A DNA stretch of 64,000 nt from a virus (taxonomy: Duplodnaviria > Heunggongvirae > Uroviricota > Caudoviricetes): IMG/VR virus record IMGVR_UViG_2713896899_000007, positions 1 to 64,000 of that record; one strand, given 5' to 3'. This document shows, piece after piece, positions 29,484 to 38,959 of this stretch. The stretch's first letter is position 1, and every line of letters starts with the position of its first letter. Under the pieces are notes generated by a model. That model saw only the letters and a program-made list of their open reading frames with translations. It was not told the DNA's origin and searched no databases. The position numbers and the translations under genes are program-made.

Positions 29484-31043
29484 ATGACTGTTCGGATTGT
29501 ATCTAACGCAGTTAATGCGCTTATTTCTGGCGCAGATGACAAGGTAAAGCAACTGGTGCAGCAAATGTTGAGCTACGAAGTCGAGACTGGCGACTGGAAG
29601 GGCACAAGCACGATGTTCAACTGGAGTAAAAACTCGTTCCCTGCTGGCTTTGCCAAGCCTGTAGCGGCGAACTTGAACAAGGCGGGCATCAAATGTGTTC
29701 ATATCCGCAAAGACAAAGCCCCGGCGCTTGGTAAACCAAATCCGGCGGTTAACCCATTCCCATACAATCCTGATTATGCGTATCAGGATCAGACTGTGGA
29801 AACACTGGTTCGAGAGGGAATGATGATTGCGCAGATCGCTACTGGTGGCGGGAAATCTAACGTTGCCTGCAAAGCAGCTGCACGTATCGGTCGAATGACA
29901 TTATTTTTAACAACCCGCTCTGTTCTGATGTTTCAAATGGCCGAAAACTTCCAGAGATCCATCGACTACCGCGCCGAAAATGGCGAACCGTGGTTAAAAG
30001 ACCAAAAGGTTGGAGTCATTGGCTCGGGTGAGTTCCAGGTATCACGACATATCAACGTCGCTACAGTTCAAACTCTTGCAAGTTTCCTCGAAGAACCACC
30101 ACGCGATGCAACACCAGATAAGAAAAGCTACCACCTCAAACGTCGGGAGTTGGTGAAACGCTTCCTTTCAAGTGTCTCTCTTCTTATTCTGGAAGAGGCG
30201 CATGAGTCTTCAGGCTCAAATTTCTATGACATCGCCAGATTATGTGTGAACGCAGACTATCGTCTGGCGCTTACAGCCACGCCGTTCATGAAGGATTCGA
30301 CGGAAGCCAACATGCGCCTGATGGCGGTGGCCGGGCGAATTGAAATTAAAGTCACAGAAAAGTACCTGATTGATCGAGGCATTCTGGCAAAGCCGTACTT
30401 CCTTTATCATAAAGTTGCCTACAAACCAGACGAGGCCAGAATCAAGGCAGAACTTGCCAACAAACACCTCAATTTTAGAGTAGGTATGAGTACTGCCTAC
30501 CAAAAGGCTTATCAGTTGGGGATCGTGTATAATTTGGGACGTAACGAGGCCATTGTTCGCGAAGCATTGCTCTATAAGCAACATTCTCTCAATTGTATGA
30601 CTCTGGTTCGCCTTAAACGCCACGGGCAAATCCTGATGGAAATGATGAAAGAGTCCGGCCTTAGAGTTGACTTCATCTATGGGGAATCTAACCAGGCGAC
30701 AAGGCAAGCAAAGCTGAACAGTTTAGCGTCTGGAGAAATAGATGTTTTAATAGGCTCGACTATTCTGGATGTCGGTGTTGATGTGCCAAGCGTTGGTGCG
30801 GTCATTCTTGCTGGTGGTGGGAAAGCAGAAGTTGAAATGAGGCAGCGTGTCGGTCGTGGCTTACGAGCCAAGAAGAATCAGGCAAACGTGTGTTTTATCA
30901 CTGATTTCATTGACACTAGCAACAAATACCTGTTGTCTCACTCTTATGAGCGAAAACACATCATCGACACCACACCTGGCTTTGCAGAAGGTGTATTGCC
31001 TATTGATGGCGCATTCGATTTTGGAGTTCTGAAACGAGATTAG
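29484..31043 (+). CDS. superfamily-2 DEAH-type helicase
   Basis: motif I ATGGGKS, motif II LEEAHE, motif III LTATP, motif VI QRVGRGLR. Confidence 0.75.
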   Translation: MTVRIVSNAVNALISGADDKVKQLVQQMLSYEVETGDWKGTSTMFNWSKNSFPAGFAKPVAANLNKAGIKCVHIRKDKAPALGKPNPAVNPFPYNPDYAYQDQTVETLVREGMMIAQIATGGGKSNVACKAAARIGRMTLFLTTRSVLMFQMAENFQRSIDYRAENGEPWLKDQKVGVIGSGEFQVSRHINVATVQTLASFLEEPPRDATPDKKSYHLKRRELVKRFLSSVSLLILEEAHESSGSNFYDIARLCVNADYRLALTATPFMKDSTEANMRLMAVAGRIEIKVTEKYLIDRGILAKPYFLYHKVAYKPDEARIKAELANKHLNFRVGMSTAYQKAYQLGIVYNLGRNEAIVREALLYKQHSLNCMTLVRLKRHGQILMEMMKESGLRVDFIYGESNQATRQAKLNSLASGEIDVLIGSTILDVGVDVPSVGAVILAGGGKAEVEMRQRVGRGLRAKKNQANVCFITDFIDTSNKYLLSHSYERKHIIDTTPGFAEGVLPIDGAFDFGVLKRD

Positions 31044-31045
31044 TT

Positions 31046-31324
31046 ATGAGCGAAAAGAAAACAACTTATTGCCAAGTGGCATTGTCTGATAAGGCCAATG
31101 AAAAACTTGGAAAATTTCAAATAAAACTCAAAGAGAAAAAAATCAAGATGTCTAAGGCTGAAGTTATCAATGCCATTCTGGAGACGATGACTATGGCTGA
31201 ATTTGACAAAGTCACATCTGCCGTTGGGGTTTCCGCTAAGACGCGTGAGAAAATCATGCGCATCTATGAAAACTCCAATATGACAAAAAAAGATCTAGAG
31301 GAAATACTGAGCAGGTTGCCGTAA
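31046..31324 (+). CDS. hypothetical small protein
   Basis: 92-aa ORF coupled to helicase stop. Confidence 0.4.
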   Translation: MSEKKTTYCQVALSDKANEKLGKFQIKLKEKKIKMSKAEVINAILETMTMAEFDKVTSAVGVSAKTREKIMRIYENSNMTKKDLEEILSRLP

Positions 31325-31389
31325 CATTTCATATTTACCCCCTATCAACTAATTCTATGATGTGCTCACTTGTTAGAAAGGAGCACATC

Positions 31390-31956
31390 ATGAGTTGGTT
31401 AAAAGAATTATCATTTGTTGACACCACTGGCGCTAAGAAAAATCATTCTTTCTGGAAAGTCAGCGATCCTTCTGATTTTCTTGTTGGTGCTAATGCTGCT
31501 TTTGAATTGCTTAACTTTTATCAACGTTATCCTGAAATGAAACACAGTCCACTCCTGTACAGAATAACAAACGATATGAATAGGTCTGGTTTATTATCAA
31601 GTGAGTCAGCGAAAGGCTTTTTTAGCAAAATTACGCCACACATATCATTCGATGCAGCAAACGAAATTGATTGTCTATCCACGAAACCTCAAGAACAATT
31701 ATCTGTACCACCTGAGAAAAAACAAAGACGAATTGCCAGCATTGAAAATATATCGAAAGAGCTTCGCACAACAACGTTGAGGCTGCTGAACTTTCTTACG
31801 CTACTTAATTGGATAGATGATCAAACATTGATTCCATCAACCGATGCGTTGGATAACAGAGTACTTAGGCTGAACAAAAAATCGCAATTTGGTTTTGTGT
31901 TCACCAAAAAAGGTGAAGATTTAATCAAAAGAAAATATAGATTATTGAATGATTAA
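31390..31956 (+). CDS. hypothetical protein
   Basis: start moved to MSWLKEL, which has an AAAGGAG RBS. Confidence 0.4.
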   Translation: MSWLKELSFVDTTGAKKNHSFWKVSDPSDFLVGANAAFELLNFYQRYPEMKHSPLLYRITNDMNRSGLLSSESAKGFFSKITPHISFDAANEIDCLSTKPQEQLSVPPEKKQRRIASIENISKELRTTTLRLLNFLTLLNWIDDQTLIPSTDALDNRVLRLNKKSQFGFVFTKKGEDLIKRKYRLLND

Positions 31957-32101
31957 TAGTCTACATGCAGGTGTATGAGAGCACCTGCATGTGATATTCA
32001 TCACATTTTTTGAAGTACACACCTCCGGCTGAAAAAATTTCTTGATTGGCAGAACGATATTTGTAGGCTTTTCAATTGATAACTAAGGTCGGATACTGTA
32101 G

Positions 32102-32590
32102 ATGAGTATTTCCATAAACAAAATAATTAACTCTTTACGACATAAAATATCACATGGAAAAGATGTTCTTTTTAAAGACAAATATTATCTATTCAACCTA
32201 GAGTTGTACAAATGCACAAAATTTTATATCACTCGGAACCGTAAATATTCAGCTTCAATCACAAAAGACATGAAGAAAATCTCTTCAGAAGAGTACTTCA
32301 TATCACATATTTATATCTACCCATTTAAATTAGAACCATTAAATATAATTCTTCCAACAATAAAAGGGGTTGAACTTGAAGGTTATACTTTAAGCTCTAA
32401 CTTTAATGATATGGGTGTACAAAAACCAGGGACAAGGTCATACTACGCCTACAAAGTAAAATGCAATAACTACAACGCACTTAACATGCTAATCAGCAAA
32501 CTTGAAACGGAGATAGTCGAAGGAAATCTAAATGATGATCATGAAAAATTAGAACAAATAGAAAAACTTAGAAAGTGTGATGTTAAATAA
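32102..32590 (+). CDS. hypothetical protein (very AT-rich gene)
   Basis: 162-aa ORF, Lys/Asn/Ile/Tyr-rich. Confidence 0.4.
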   Translation: MSISINKIINSLRHKISHGKDVLFKDKYYLFNLELYKCTKFYITRNRKYSASITKDMKKISSEEYFISHIYIYPFKLEPLNIILPTIKGVELEGYTLSSNFNDMGVQKPGTRSYYAYKVKCNNYNALNMLISKLETEIVEGNLNDDHEKLEQIEKLRKCDVK

Positions 32591-33205
32591 TTGGATTATC
32601 ATGATATGAAAATGAAAATTTCGTTACTCCTTGCTTGTATATGCCTCCCGGCGTTTTCCGCCAACGCATTATCAGATTTCGTCTCTGACATGCAAAAAAC
32701 GTACAGCATGTTTACCTCCGAAGACGTAGTAGAATACAAATCACGAGGTCTGAATCAGCCAGTTTGGTTCAGATTCTCAGACAACGCAGAAGAAACAATA
32801 CTTAATGGAGGAAAAGAAAGATTACGGTTGCAAATTAACGGGACCGCTGTACCAGAAAACGTTAATGTAAACTCTGACGAAGCCATGAAGCCATCTGGAA
32901 TTGTTTTAGAAGTTCAAGACGGCACACTTTACTGTGATGAAATGGCTACAACAGGTTGCCAAGTAAACATTAGGGTTGGCAATGAAGAGCCTATCGTTAC
33001 TTACGCCAAGGCTGAAGGGAATACAAGTGGAAAGGTATTGTTTATCGATGAAAATATCTCAAAACGTATCGTTCGTGACATACAGAAAACAGCTAACTCT
33101 AAATCCGTCGATAAAAAAATCTATGTTGAGGTTCCCTTCTTTGTCGTTGGTAACAAAGAATTTAAATTTGGGTTGCTGAAAACACCTCTAAGAGTATCAG
33201 AATGA
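32591..33205 (+). CDS. exported protein with N-terminal signal peptide
   Basis: MKMKISLLLACICLPAFSANA signal-like N-terminus; coupled to neighbours. Confidence 0.45.
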   Translation: MDYHDMKMKISLLLACICLPAFSANALSDFVSDMQKTYSMFTSEDVVEYKSRGLNQPVWFRFSDNAEETILNGGKERLRLQINGTAVPENVNVNSDEAMKPSGIVLEVQDGTLYCDEMATTGCQVNIRVGNEEPIVTYAKAEGNTSGKVLFIDENISKRIVRDIQKTANSKSVDKKIYVEVPFFVVGNKEFKFGLLKTPLRVSE

Positions 33206-33726
33206 GAACATTGGACATCACCTACGGCATACCGGCTGAAGTCTGGCCGCGAGACTACGAACATGCTGAAAACATACTTATGTTCTGGCGGAAGAACAAC
33301 ATTCCTGTAAGAGTCACGCTTGAAGACGGTCAGGTGTTTTGCATGTACGTTCAGGGGACAATGCCTTCCCGCAATAAGCTAGATTTATGCCCGCTTCCAT
33401 ATGATAAAGAAAATCGTATAAGACTCCCACTTGAGCGCATTAGCACAATTGAATCAGGTGTAATCGATGGCATTGCTCGCGAGTTCAAAGGTAGGCTAAC
33501 AATACATCCAGACTATGTTGACAATCAGCCATCACGCCGTGACTTTTTTGCGATATGTCGCAAGGCTTATCAAAACGACCAATCTATAAGGGTCTACATG
33601 GCAGACGGTCGTGAAATTGAAGGGGTGTCAAGAGGCGTTGATGCTTGCCAGGTCACTCTTAAGTTAGAAGACGGCAGAAAAATACTTGTTTTCTTCGATT
33701 GGGTTGAACGAATCCTTCCATTTTAA
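33202..33726 (+). CDS. hypothetical protein (two beta-rich repeat halves)
   Basis: 174-aa ORF overlapping upstream stop. Confidence 0.4.
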   Translation: MRTLDITYGIPAEVWPRDYEHAENILMFWRKNNIPVRVTLEDGQVFCMYVQGTMPSRNKLDLCPLPYDKENRIRLPLERISTIESGVIDGIAREFKGRLTIHPDYVDNQPSRRDFFAICRKAYQNDQSIRVYMADGREIEGVSRGVDACQVTLKLEDGRKILVFFDWVERILPF

Positions 33727-33739
33727 ATCTATAAGGGTA

Positions 33740-33768
33740 ATAACCGGCTAAGCCCGGTTATTATTTTA
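33740..33768 (+). terminator. rho-independent terminator-like hairpin
   Basis: AACCGG-CTAAG-CCCGGTT stem-loop followed by T-rich run. Confidence 0.5.
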
Positions 33769-34012
33769 CATGCCATTCATTTAAAACTCTTTCAATGCCA
33801 CTCTGTATAAATATATAAGGTTAAAGGCCCGAATTGATTATTTATTTAGGGAACACCTTCGACGATCTCGCTTTTATTTCTAGGACTTTCACCCCTGCAA
33901 AAAATTTAAAAAAAACACTTGCAATCTTTTTTCACGTATCGATAATTGAACTCGTCGAAAGCGAGCTGGCTAACGACAGTAAAAAATAAATTCATTTTAA
34001 TTTTTCGTAAGG

Positions 34013-34672
34013 ATGTCCATCATGGCTAACATTATCATTTCTAAAAAATCCATCATTGAAGCTGCTTCCATTGTATCCGATGAACTGCGCGAAAAAGCAG
34101 ATCTGGCAACTCAAACATATAACGAACATTATAAAAATGGTACGCACACTAAAGCAGACAAAGCAAATATGCAAGCTGCGACCACTAAACTTGCTTACTT
34201 CATCAACAACGTCGTAAACGCAGTAGAAGACGAAAAATTATGCTCTGTTTTCTACTATGCGATTAAAGCAAGCAAACAAGCGCCAGAAGTATTTTTCCGT
34301 GATGCTATGACTAATAGTTATTCACTGGAAAAACTGGTTTATCTGGTTAAATCCATTAAAGCTGGTAAATGCGTTTATTCCGTCGCTGATATGTCAGGAT
34401 CTCGTGTATTCGCTTTAATCGATATGATTAACGACGAGATCGACACGTTCACCAATGGCGCTGTTTTCGATTTAATGAATGAAGCTAAAAAAGCGTGCGA
34501 AATTAAATTGGACGCTGGCTATACTCAAGCCAACCAGTTGATCAATCTTTGCGAACGTCTCGGACTTGTTGAAAAAGTCAAAGGAGCTGGGAGCGCCAAA
34601 GCTGGTACGCAGCAATATCGCTTCATTAAAAATGATTTCTACAATTATTTAGCTGATGCTTTTAAAGCGTAA
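34013..34672 (+). CDS. hypothetical protein
   Basis: 219-aa ORF with TTGCAA-16-GATAAT promoter-like sequence upstream. Confidence 0.45.
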   Translation: MSIMANIIISKKSIIEAASIVSDELREKADLATQTYNEHYKNGTHTKADKANMQAATTKLAYFINNVVNAVEDEKLCSVFYYAIKASKQAPEVFFRDAMTNSYSLEKLVYLVKSIKAGKCVYSVADMSGSRVFALIDMINDEIDTFTNGAVFDLMNEAKKACEIKLDAGYTQANQLINLCERLGLVEKVKGAGSAKAGTQQYRFIKNDFYNYLADAFKA

Positions 34673-34683
34673 TTAATGAAATC

Positions 34684-34705
34684 AAGCGCCCACTATGGGC
34701 GCTTT
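34684..34705 (+). terminator. hairpin GCGCCCA-CTA-TGGGCGC (copy 1)
   Basis: perfect 7-bp stem, 3-nt loop, after the 219-aa gene. Confidence 0.5.
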
Positions 34706-34721
34706 AAAGGAGCTTTCAAAA

Positions 34722-34925
34722 ATGGTCAGCTATGACAAGATCCGCGCGGAATATCGCGCAAAGTATCGCGCTTATAAACTGGAATTAATCGACGATTTGA
34801 TCGCGCAACGCGACCAATTAAATTTTACGTTTTCTGATTTGCTTAACAGTAAACGAGATTGTAAGCGTAAGCGTGAATATTTACGTTTAAGCGCATTAAT
34901 CGGAAAACTTCAAAATTCTATTTAA
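34722..34925 (+). CDS. hypothetical small protein
   Basis: start moved to MVSYDKIR, which has an AAAGGAG RBS. Confidence 0.35.
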   Translation: MVSYDKIRAEYRAKYRAYKLELIDDLIAQRDQLNFTFSDLLNSKRDCKRKREYLRLSALIGKLQNSI

Positions 34926-34945
34926 TTTTTTTAAGGAGCTTAATC

Positions 34946-35173
34946 ATGGTTATTTTCATCTCTGGCGTAAATATCAATAATCATACTCTTGTTTATGATA
35001 TTGCTGGTTTAGCTGGATATGCTCTAAGTTCTGAAGTGGTTGATGAAACAACGTTTAAAATAAACATCAATGACGTAGAACATAGAGCGCGCGTAGGAAT
35101 CAATGAAGCTGATGTTACTTTAATGCTTCAAGAATTTTTAAACGCTGGCTTTAATATTCACTTAGAAAAATAA
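34946..35173 (+). CDS. hypothetical small protein
   Basis: 75-aa ORF with AAGGAG RBS. Confidence 0.4.
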   Translation: MVIFISGVNINNHTLVYDIAGLAGYALSSEVVDETTFKININDVEHRARVGINEADVTLMLQEFLNAGFNIHLEK

Positions 35174-35180
35174 AAACAAT

Positions 35181-35320
35181 AGCGCCCACTATGGGCGCTT
35201 TTTTCGTTTACAATACACCCACCATAACGCGCCAATAATGGCGCTTTTTTATTGTCTTTAACTCACTCCAACAACATAAAAATAAGCGCCAAAATAACGC
35301 CATAGACGCGCTTTTATATC
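35181..35320 (+). terminator. stack of three to four terminator-like hairpins
   Basis: GCGCCCACTATGGGCGC+T6, GCGCCAATAATGGCGC+T6, further GC hairpin with T-run. Confidence 0.55.
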
Positions 35321-35399
35321 CTTGTCAGTACATACCCATTACTTAACACATTAACGCGCTTAAAATGCGTTATATTGCGCTATAACGTATGGCTAATCA

Positions 35400-35785
35400 T
35401 TAATTTTTATTCTTGCTATGTGATCCGCGTTTAATTGTCGGCGCGGATCGGCATTTTGTTTTGTTCCGTATCCGCTCGCGTATTATGTGCGCGTGATTTT
35501 TCACATAATCACACCACTTAATCACGTATGTGATTATGCTACGAAAGAAATCTGGATGTCTCAGGCGACGAAAGTCATCATAATTTTCCCCGCTCACCTG
35601 TCCGACAACCGCTGGTTGGATTCCACCAGCTTCCCGATGTTTTTTCTACATAAAGGCGAATGCAGCCGTTTCCCGAAAAAATCCTGGCCGTTTCCCGTCG
35701 GCTCATGAATGCGTTCCTTGCCGTTTCTGAAAATTTCCCTGCGGCAGCTGGTGGCTATAGAGAAAGGGCCGTTTCTGGCCCTCTT
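35400..35785. promoter_or_regulatory. candidate origin/partition region: palindromes, DnaA-box-like 9-mers and iteron-like direct repeats (cluster 1)
   Basis: GATCCGCG...CGCGGATC palindrome; TGTGATTAT-like boxes; four or five GCCGTTTC(C/T) repeats spaced ~22-35 bp. Confidence 0.4.
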
Positions 35786-35790
35786 CTCAG

Positions 35791-36273
35791 TTACACGCCA
35801 TCAAGGATGTGGATGCGGTTGCTTGCGTATACATTCAGCATAAAGTTAGCGCAAAACAGTTTCCATGTATCAACGCCAGCGGTATACGTAATGTTTTTGC
35901 ATTTAATTGCATTGTTGGCGATCTGCGTAGCCAGTGATATGGCTTCATGGTCAGTAAAGCCGTATGACGTTTGGGTCTTCATCCAGACAGAAATCTGCGT
36001 AGCGAACTCAATCAGCTTGGACTGGCAGAATCGCCCGGAGCGCACCGGAAAGACGAACGTTCCGAATCCAGAATTTACCACATACGCTTTCTCAAATACC
36101 CGAGAGTAACGACGATTGCCAATGATGTCGCGTGCAATAATGCATTTTTCTTGTTCTGACAGTTCTACCGTCTCATTGTGACGCCAGGCACCAAGTACTC
36201 GTTTTTCAATGTCAGAGAACGTTACAGCGATATTGCCATGTGCGGGTGCGTTTACAGTAGCGATAAAATTCAT
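35791..36273 (-). CDS. hypothetical protein
   Basis: 160-aa ORF with AAGGAA RBS and motif B upstream. Confidence 0.45.
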   Translation of the reverse strand: MNFIATVNAPAHGNIAVTFSDIEKRVLGAWRHNETVELSEQEKCIIARDIIGNRRYSRVFEKAYVVNSGFGTFVFPVRSGRFCQSKLIEFATQISVWMKTQTSYGFTDHEAISLATQIANNAIKCKNITYTAGVDTWKLFCANFMLNVYASNRIHILDGV

Positions 36274-36478
36274 GATTAATTCCTTATCGTAAATAACAAA
36301 TTGTTTTCTTGTTGGCGTTAATTATCGTTGTACGAATAAGGCGTCAAAGTGGAAAGTTGCGGTAGCCGGACGGGAACAGGTGGGTTTGTCGGTTGCCTGG
36401 AGGTAAGAGGTTGGTGTTTTTAGCCTGCGGGGAACAGGATGGTCATTTAAGGCCACCAGCGTTAACTGGTGGCGTTTG

Positions 36479-37177
36479 TCATGCTGGAATCATATCTAAT
36501 TGAAAAGATTCCATTATATATGTTGGTTCATCGATGTAGTCCTTCAGCCTATTGTCAAATGACTCAAGCGGATTGTATGGCGGATGATGCCGCTCCGAGT
36601 ATTCATTTAAAAGATGCCCCATTATCAGTTCGATACCCATCTCTACTCCTGAAACTCCGAACCATACATTGTGCGTTAGTTGCTGGGCGTCTGTATCCAG
36701 TACGCGAACGCCATCAACAAGATTTATTAGATTCCTGTGGTTTTCGTGTACTGTAACCTCTCCGCTGGTTAAGTCTATTTCAGCGAGAAAATATGGTCTT
36801 TTGCTTCCGTCGGACTTTTTGAAATGACCGTCATAAGCGATAGCAAACCACGCTTTACTAAAGTCCTTGTTGGCGTAAGTGGTGCACATACAACTAGGAT
36901 AATCATCAATGTTAAACCAATCAGGAAACGGATCATCTTTAGACGAGCCAGCAAAATCATCAGCTAGTTCGTAGCTAATGTCTGGGTTGTACTTGCTGAC
37001 AAAATCATCTACATCCTCTACATCCTCAACACCTTTCCAAACTTTACATCTCTCCGACCAAAAGAATCTCGCAATATCCGAAATGACTGGGAAACGTTTT
37101 TCAATTGAATTTATCAACTCTGCATGTTCTTTAAGAGATTTACGCTTGTTGATAAGCTTCTGAAGATGCGTACTCAT
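36479..37177 (-). CDS. hypothetical acidic protein
   Basis: 232-aa ORF with motif B upstream. Confidence 0.45.
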   Translation of the reverse strand: MSTHLQKLINKRKSLKEHAELINSIEKRFPVISDIARFFWSERCKVWKGVEDVEDVDDFVSKYNPDISYELADDFAGSSKDDPFPDWFNIDDYPSCMCTTYANKDFSKAWFAIAYDGHFKKSDGSKRPYFLAEIDLTSGEVTVHENHRNLINLVDGVRVLDTDAQQLTHNVWFGVSGVEMGIELIMGHLLNEYSERHHPPYNPLESFDNRLKDYIDEPTYIMESFQLDMIPA

Positions 37178-37291
37178 TTTTAATTCCTCGTTTGTTTTTG
37201 ATGTGATAATTATCGCAGTCAGATTAAGGCAGAAAACAAATTGTTATCGGGCATAAGAAAATGGCGCGGTTTACGCGCCATTTAAAGAGGA

Positions 37292-37687
37292 TTAAGCGAA
37301 TACGCTTTCAGGGATTAAGGTGTCAGCAGGAATGCCGGAGGTAATACGCAGACCGTACTGACCAATCCAGGTGGTGCTGGTGTTCAGGCTGGAGGTGAAT
37401 ACGGAATTAACCATATTCATCATGGTTTCAAACACCTCTTCATCAACCTGGCGGAAGTAGTTCTCGATTTTCAGCAGCAGCGGGTCAGTTGCATCGAGAA
37501 TGGACTGGTATTGCGTCGCGTACTCGCCGCCGGAGGCATCACCTTTACGCACGATCGTACTGGCCTGTACTTCGGCACCAGTTTCGGTGTTGTACGTAAC
37601 AACGGTGATTTTTGCCACATTCTTACCTTCGGCGGTTTCAGAGGCATAGTAAACATCAACTGTCAGTTTTTCGCGTTTAACGGTCAT
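37292..37687 (-). CDS. hypothetical protein
   Basis: 131-aa ORF with motif A upstream. Confidence 0.45.
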   Translation of the reverse strand: MTVKREKLTVDVYYASETAEGKNVAKITVVTYNTETGAEVQASTIVRKGDASGGEYATQYQSILDATDPLLLKIENYFRQVDEEVFETMMNMVNSVFTSSLNTSTTWIGQYGLRITSGIPADTLIPESVFA

Positions 37688-37813
37688 TTCACTCTCCGTA
37701 GTGTCTTGGTTATTTTTCTATTTTATAGCCGTAAGTATGTACTTACAATACAAAAAAGCCCCGTAAGGATGGCGGGGCTGTCGTACTGTCGACTAATTAC
37801 CACTTGCACATTA

Positions 37814-38155
37814 TCAGGCTATTGCCATCACTGATGCTCTCTGAATTTCTTGTTGGGCCACGCGGTTAACTTCCATCAAAGCCAGTTCGAGCTGATGTTC
37901 CGGCCACATTCTTTGAAATGCCACCCAGCCTTTTCCACGCTGGCGACGAACATTCATTACATAACGAGTAAAGGTGTTTTTATCGAAAGACACCGCTGTT
38001 TCACGGAACAGACGAATAGAGGTTCCATTGGCAACGATGTCCAGCAAAGTTAATTGAGCAACTAGCGCAGGCTTCTCTTTTCGCTTCTGGTCTTTGTCCA
38101 GACCAAGAACCAATGATTTTTTCATCACAACTCCGTAAACAACTTGTTTTCTCAA
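37814..38155 (-). CDS. hypothetical protein (start possibly internal at MKKSLV)
   Basis: ORF with motif B at its 5' end. Confidence 0.4.
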   Translation of the reverse strand: MRKQVVYGVVMKKSLVLGLDKDQKRKEKPALVAQLTLLDIVANGTSIRLFRETAVSFDKNTFTRYVMNVRRQRGKGWVAFQRMWPEHQLELALMEVNRVAQQEIQRASVMAIA

Positions 38156-38278
38156 TGGCGTAAATAATACCAGTAAGAAAACGGCTACAAAGCATAATGA
38201 TCAGGTGCATGATCGATATGCAGGTTCCTCCCTGCGGCTATAGAGAAATTAAGCCAGCATTGCTGGCTTTGGTTGAGG

Positions 38279-38608
38279 TTACGCGAATACTTCAAGAAAC
38301 TCCTGAACGTCCCAATGCTGGACAAGGTGAAGATAGACCTTAGAAATCACGTCATTCTCGCTATCGCATGTGAAGTAGTACTTCTGGCTGCGGTTGTATG
38401 TGTCCACACAAAATTCGCTCATATCCATAAAGTCAGCATCTTCTCCCATGTCGCAAATCATCAAAGCAGGTGCGTCATCACGAGTCATCAGCTCAAGCAC
38501 CCACCGCGAATTGATCAGAGTGGAAGACCAACCTTCCAGCTCACAGAACTGGTCAAACTCTTTTTGAGTCAATTTCTTAATTTGGTTGATGTCGATATGT
38601 GCAAACAT
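38279..38608 (-). CDS. hypothetical protein
   Basis: start moved to second Met (TAAGGAT RBS); the track ATG lies inside the conserved motif B leader. Confidence 0.4.
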   Translation of the reverse strand: MFAHIDINQIKKLTQKEFDQFCELEGWSSTLINSRWVLELMTRDDAPALMICDMGEDADFMDMSEFCVDTYNRSQKYYFTCDSENDVISKVYLHLVQHWDVQEFLEVFA

Positions 38609-38959
38609 AAAGCAATCCTTAAACAACATGTTTTCTTATTGGTGTTATTATCGCAATAACGCACAGGCGAAAAAGGATTTTATTCCGGTGAATGTGGTTT
38701 TGGCAGTGAGTTTTCAGGTTCAGTACCGAGTACACTTTTTACATTATTCTGATTTAGTGGCCGAAGATGGCTGGTGGGCAGAATAATCCTCTCCCCGAAA
38801 ACCTACTGAAATCGATTGTGACCCGCTGGCTGTCTGGCACAATTACGCTGTAGCTGGGCATTCAGAGGGAATCCAGCGGTAAGTTCGCCTGCACGTGAGC
38901 GCCTCTCTTCTTACCGCACATTACAGGTGGGTAGCCGCAACTCTCCCTCACGCTATACC

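Noticed and set aside
35660-36109. Plus-strand 149-aa ORF across iteron cluster 1 and the 3' end of gene 35791-36273
   Set aside because: Overlaps the repeat array and a better-supported minus-strand gene; no RBS; likely spurious.
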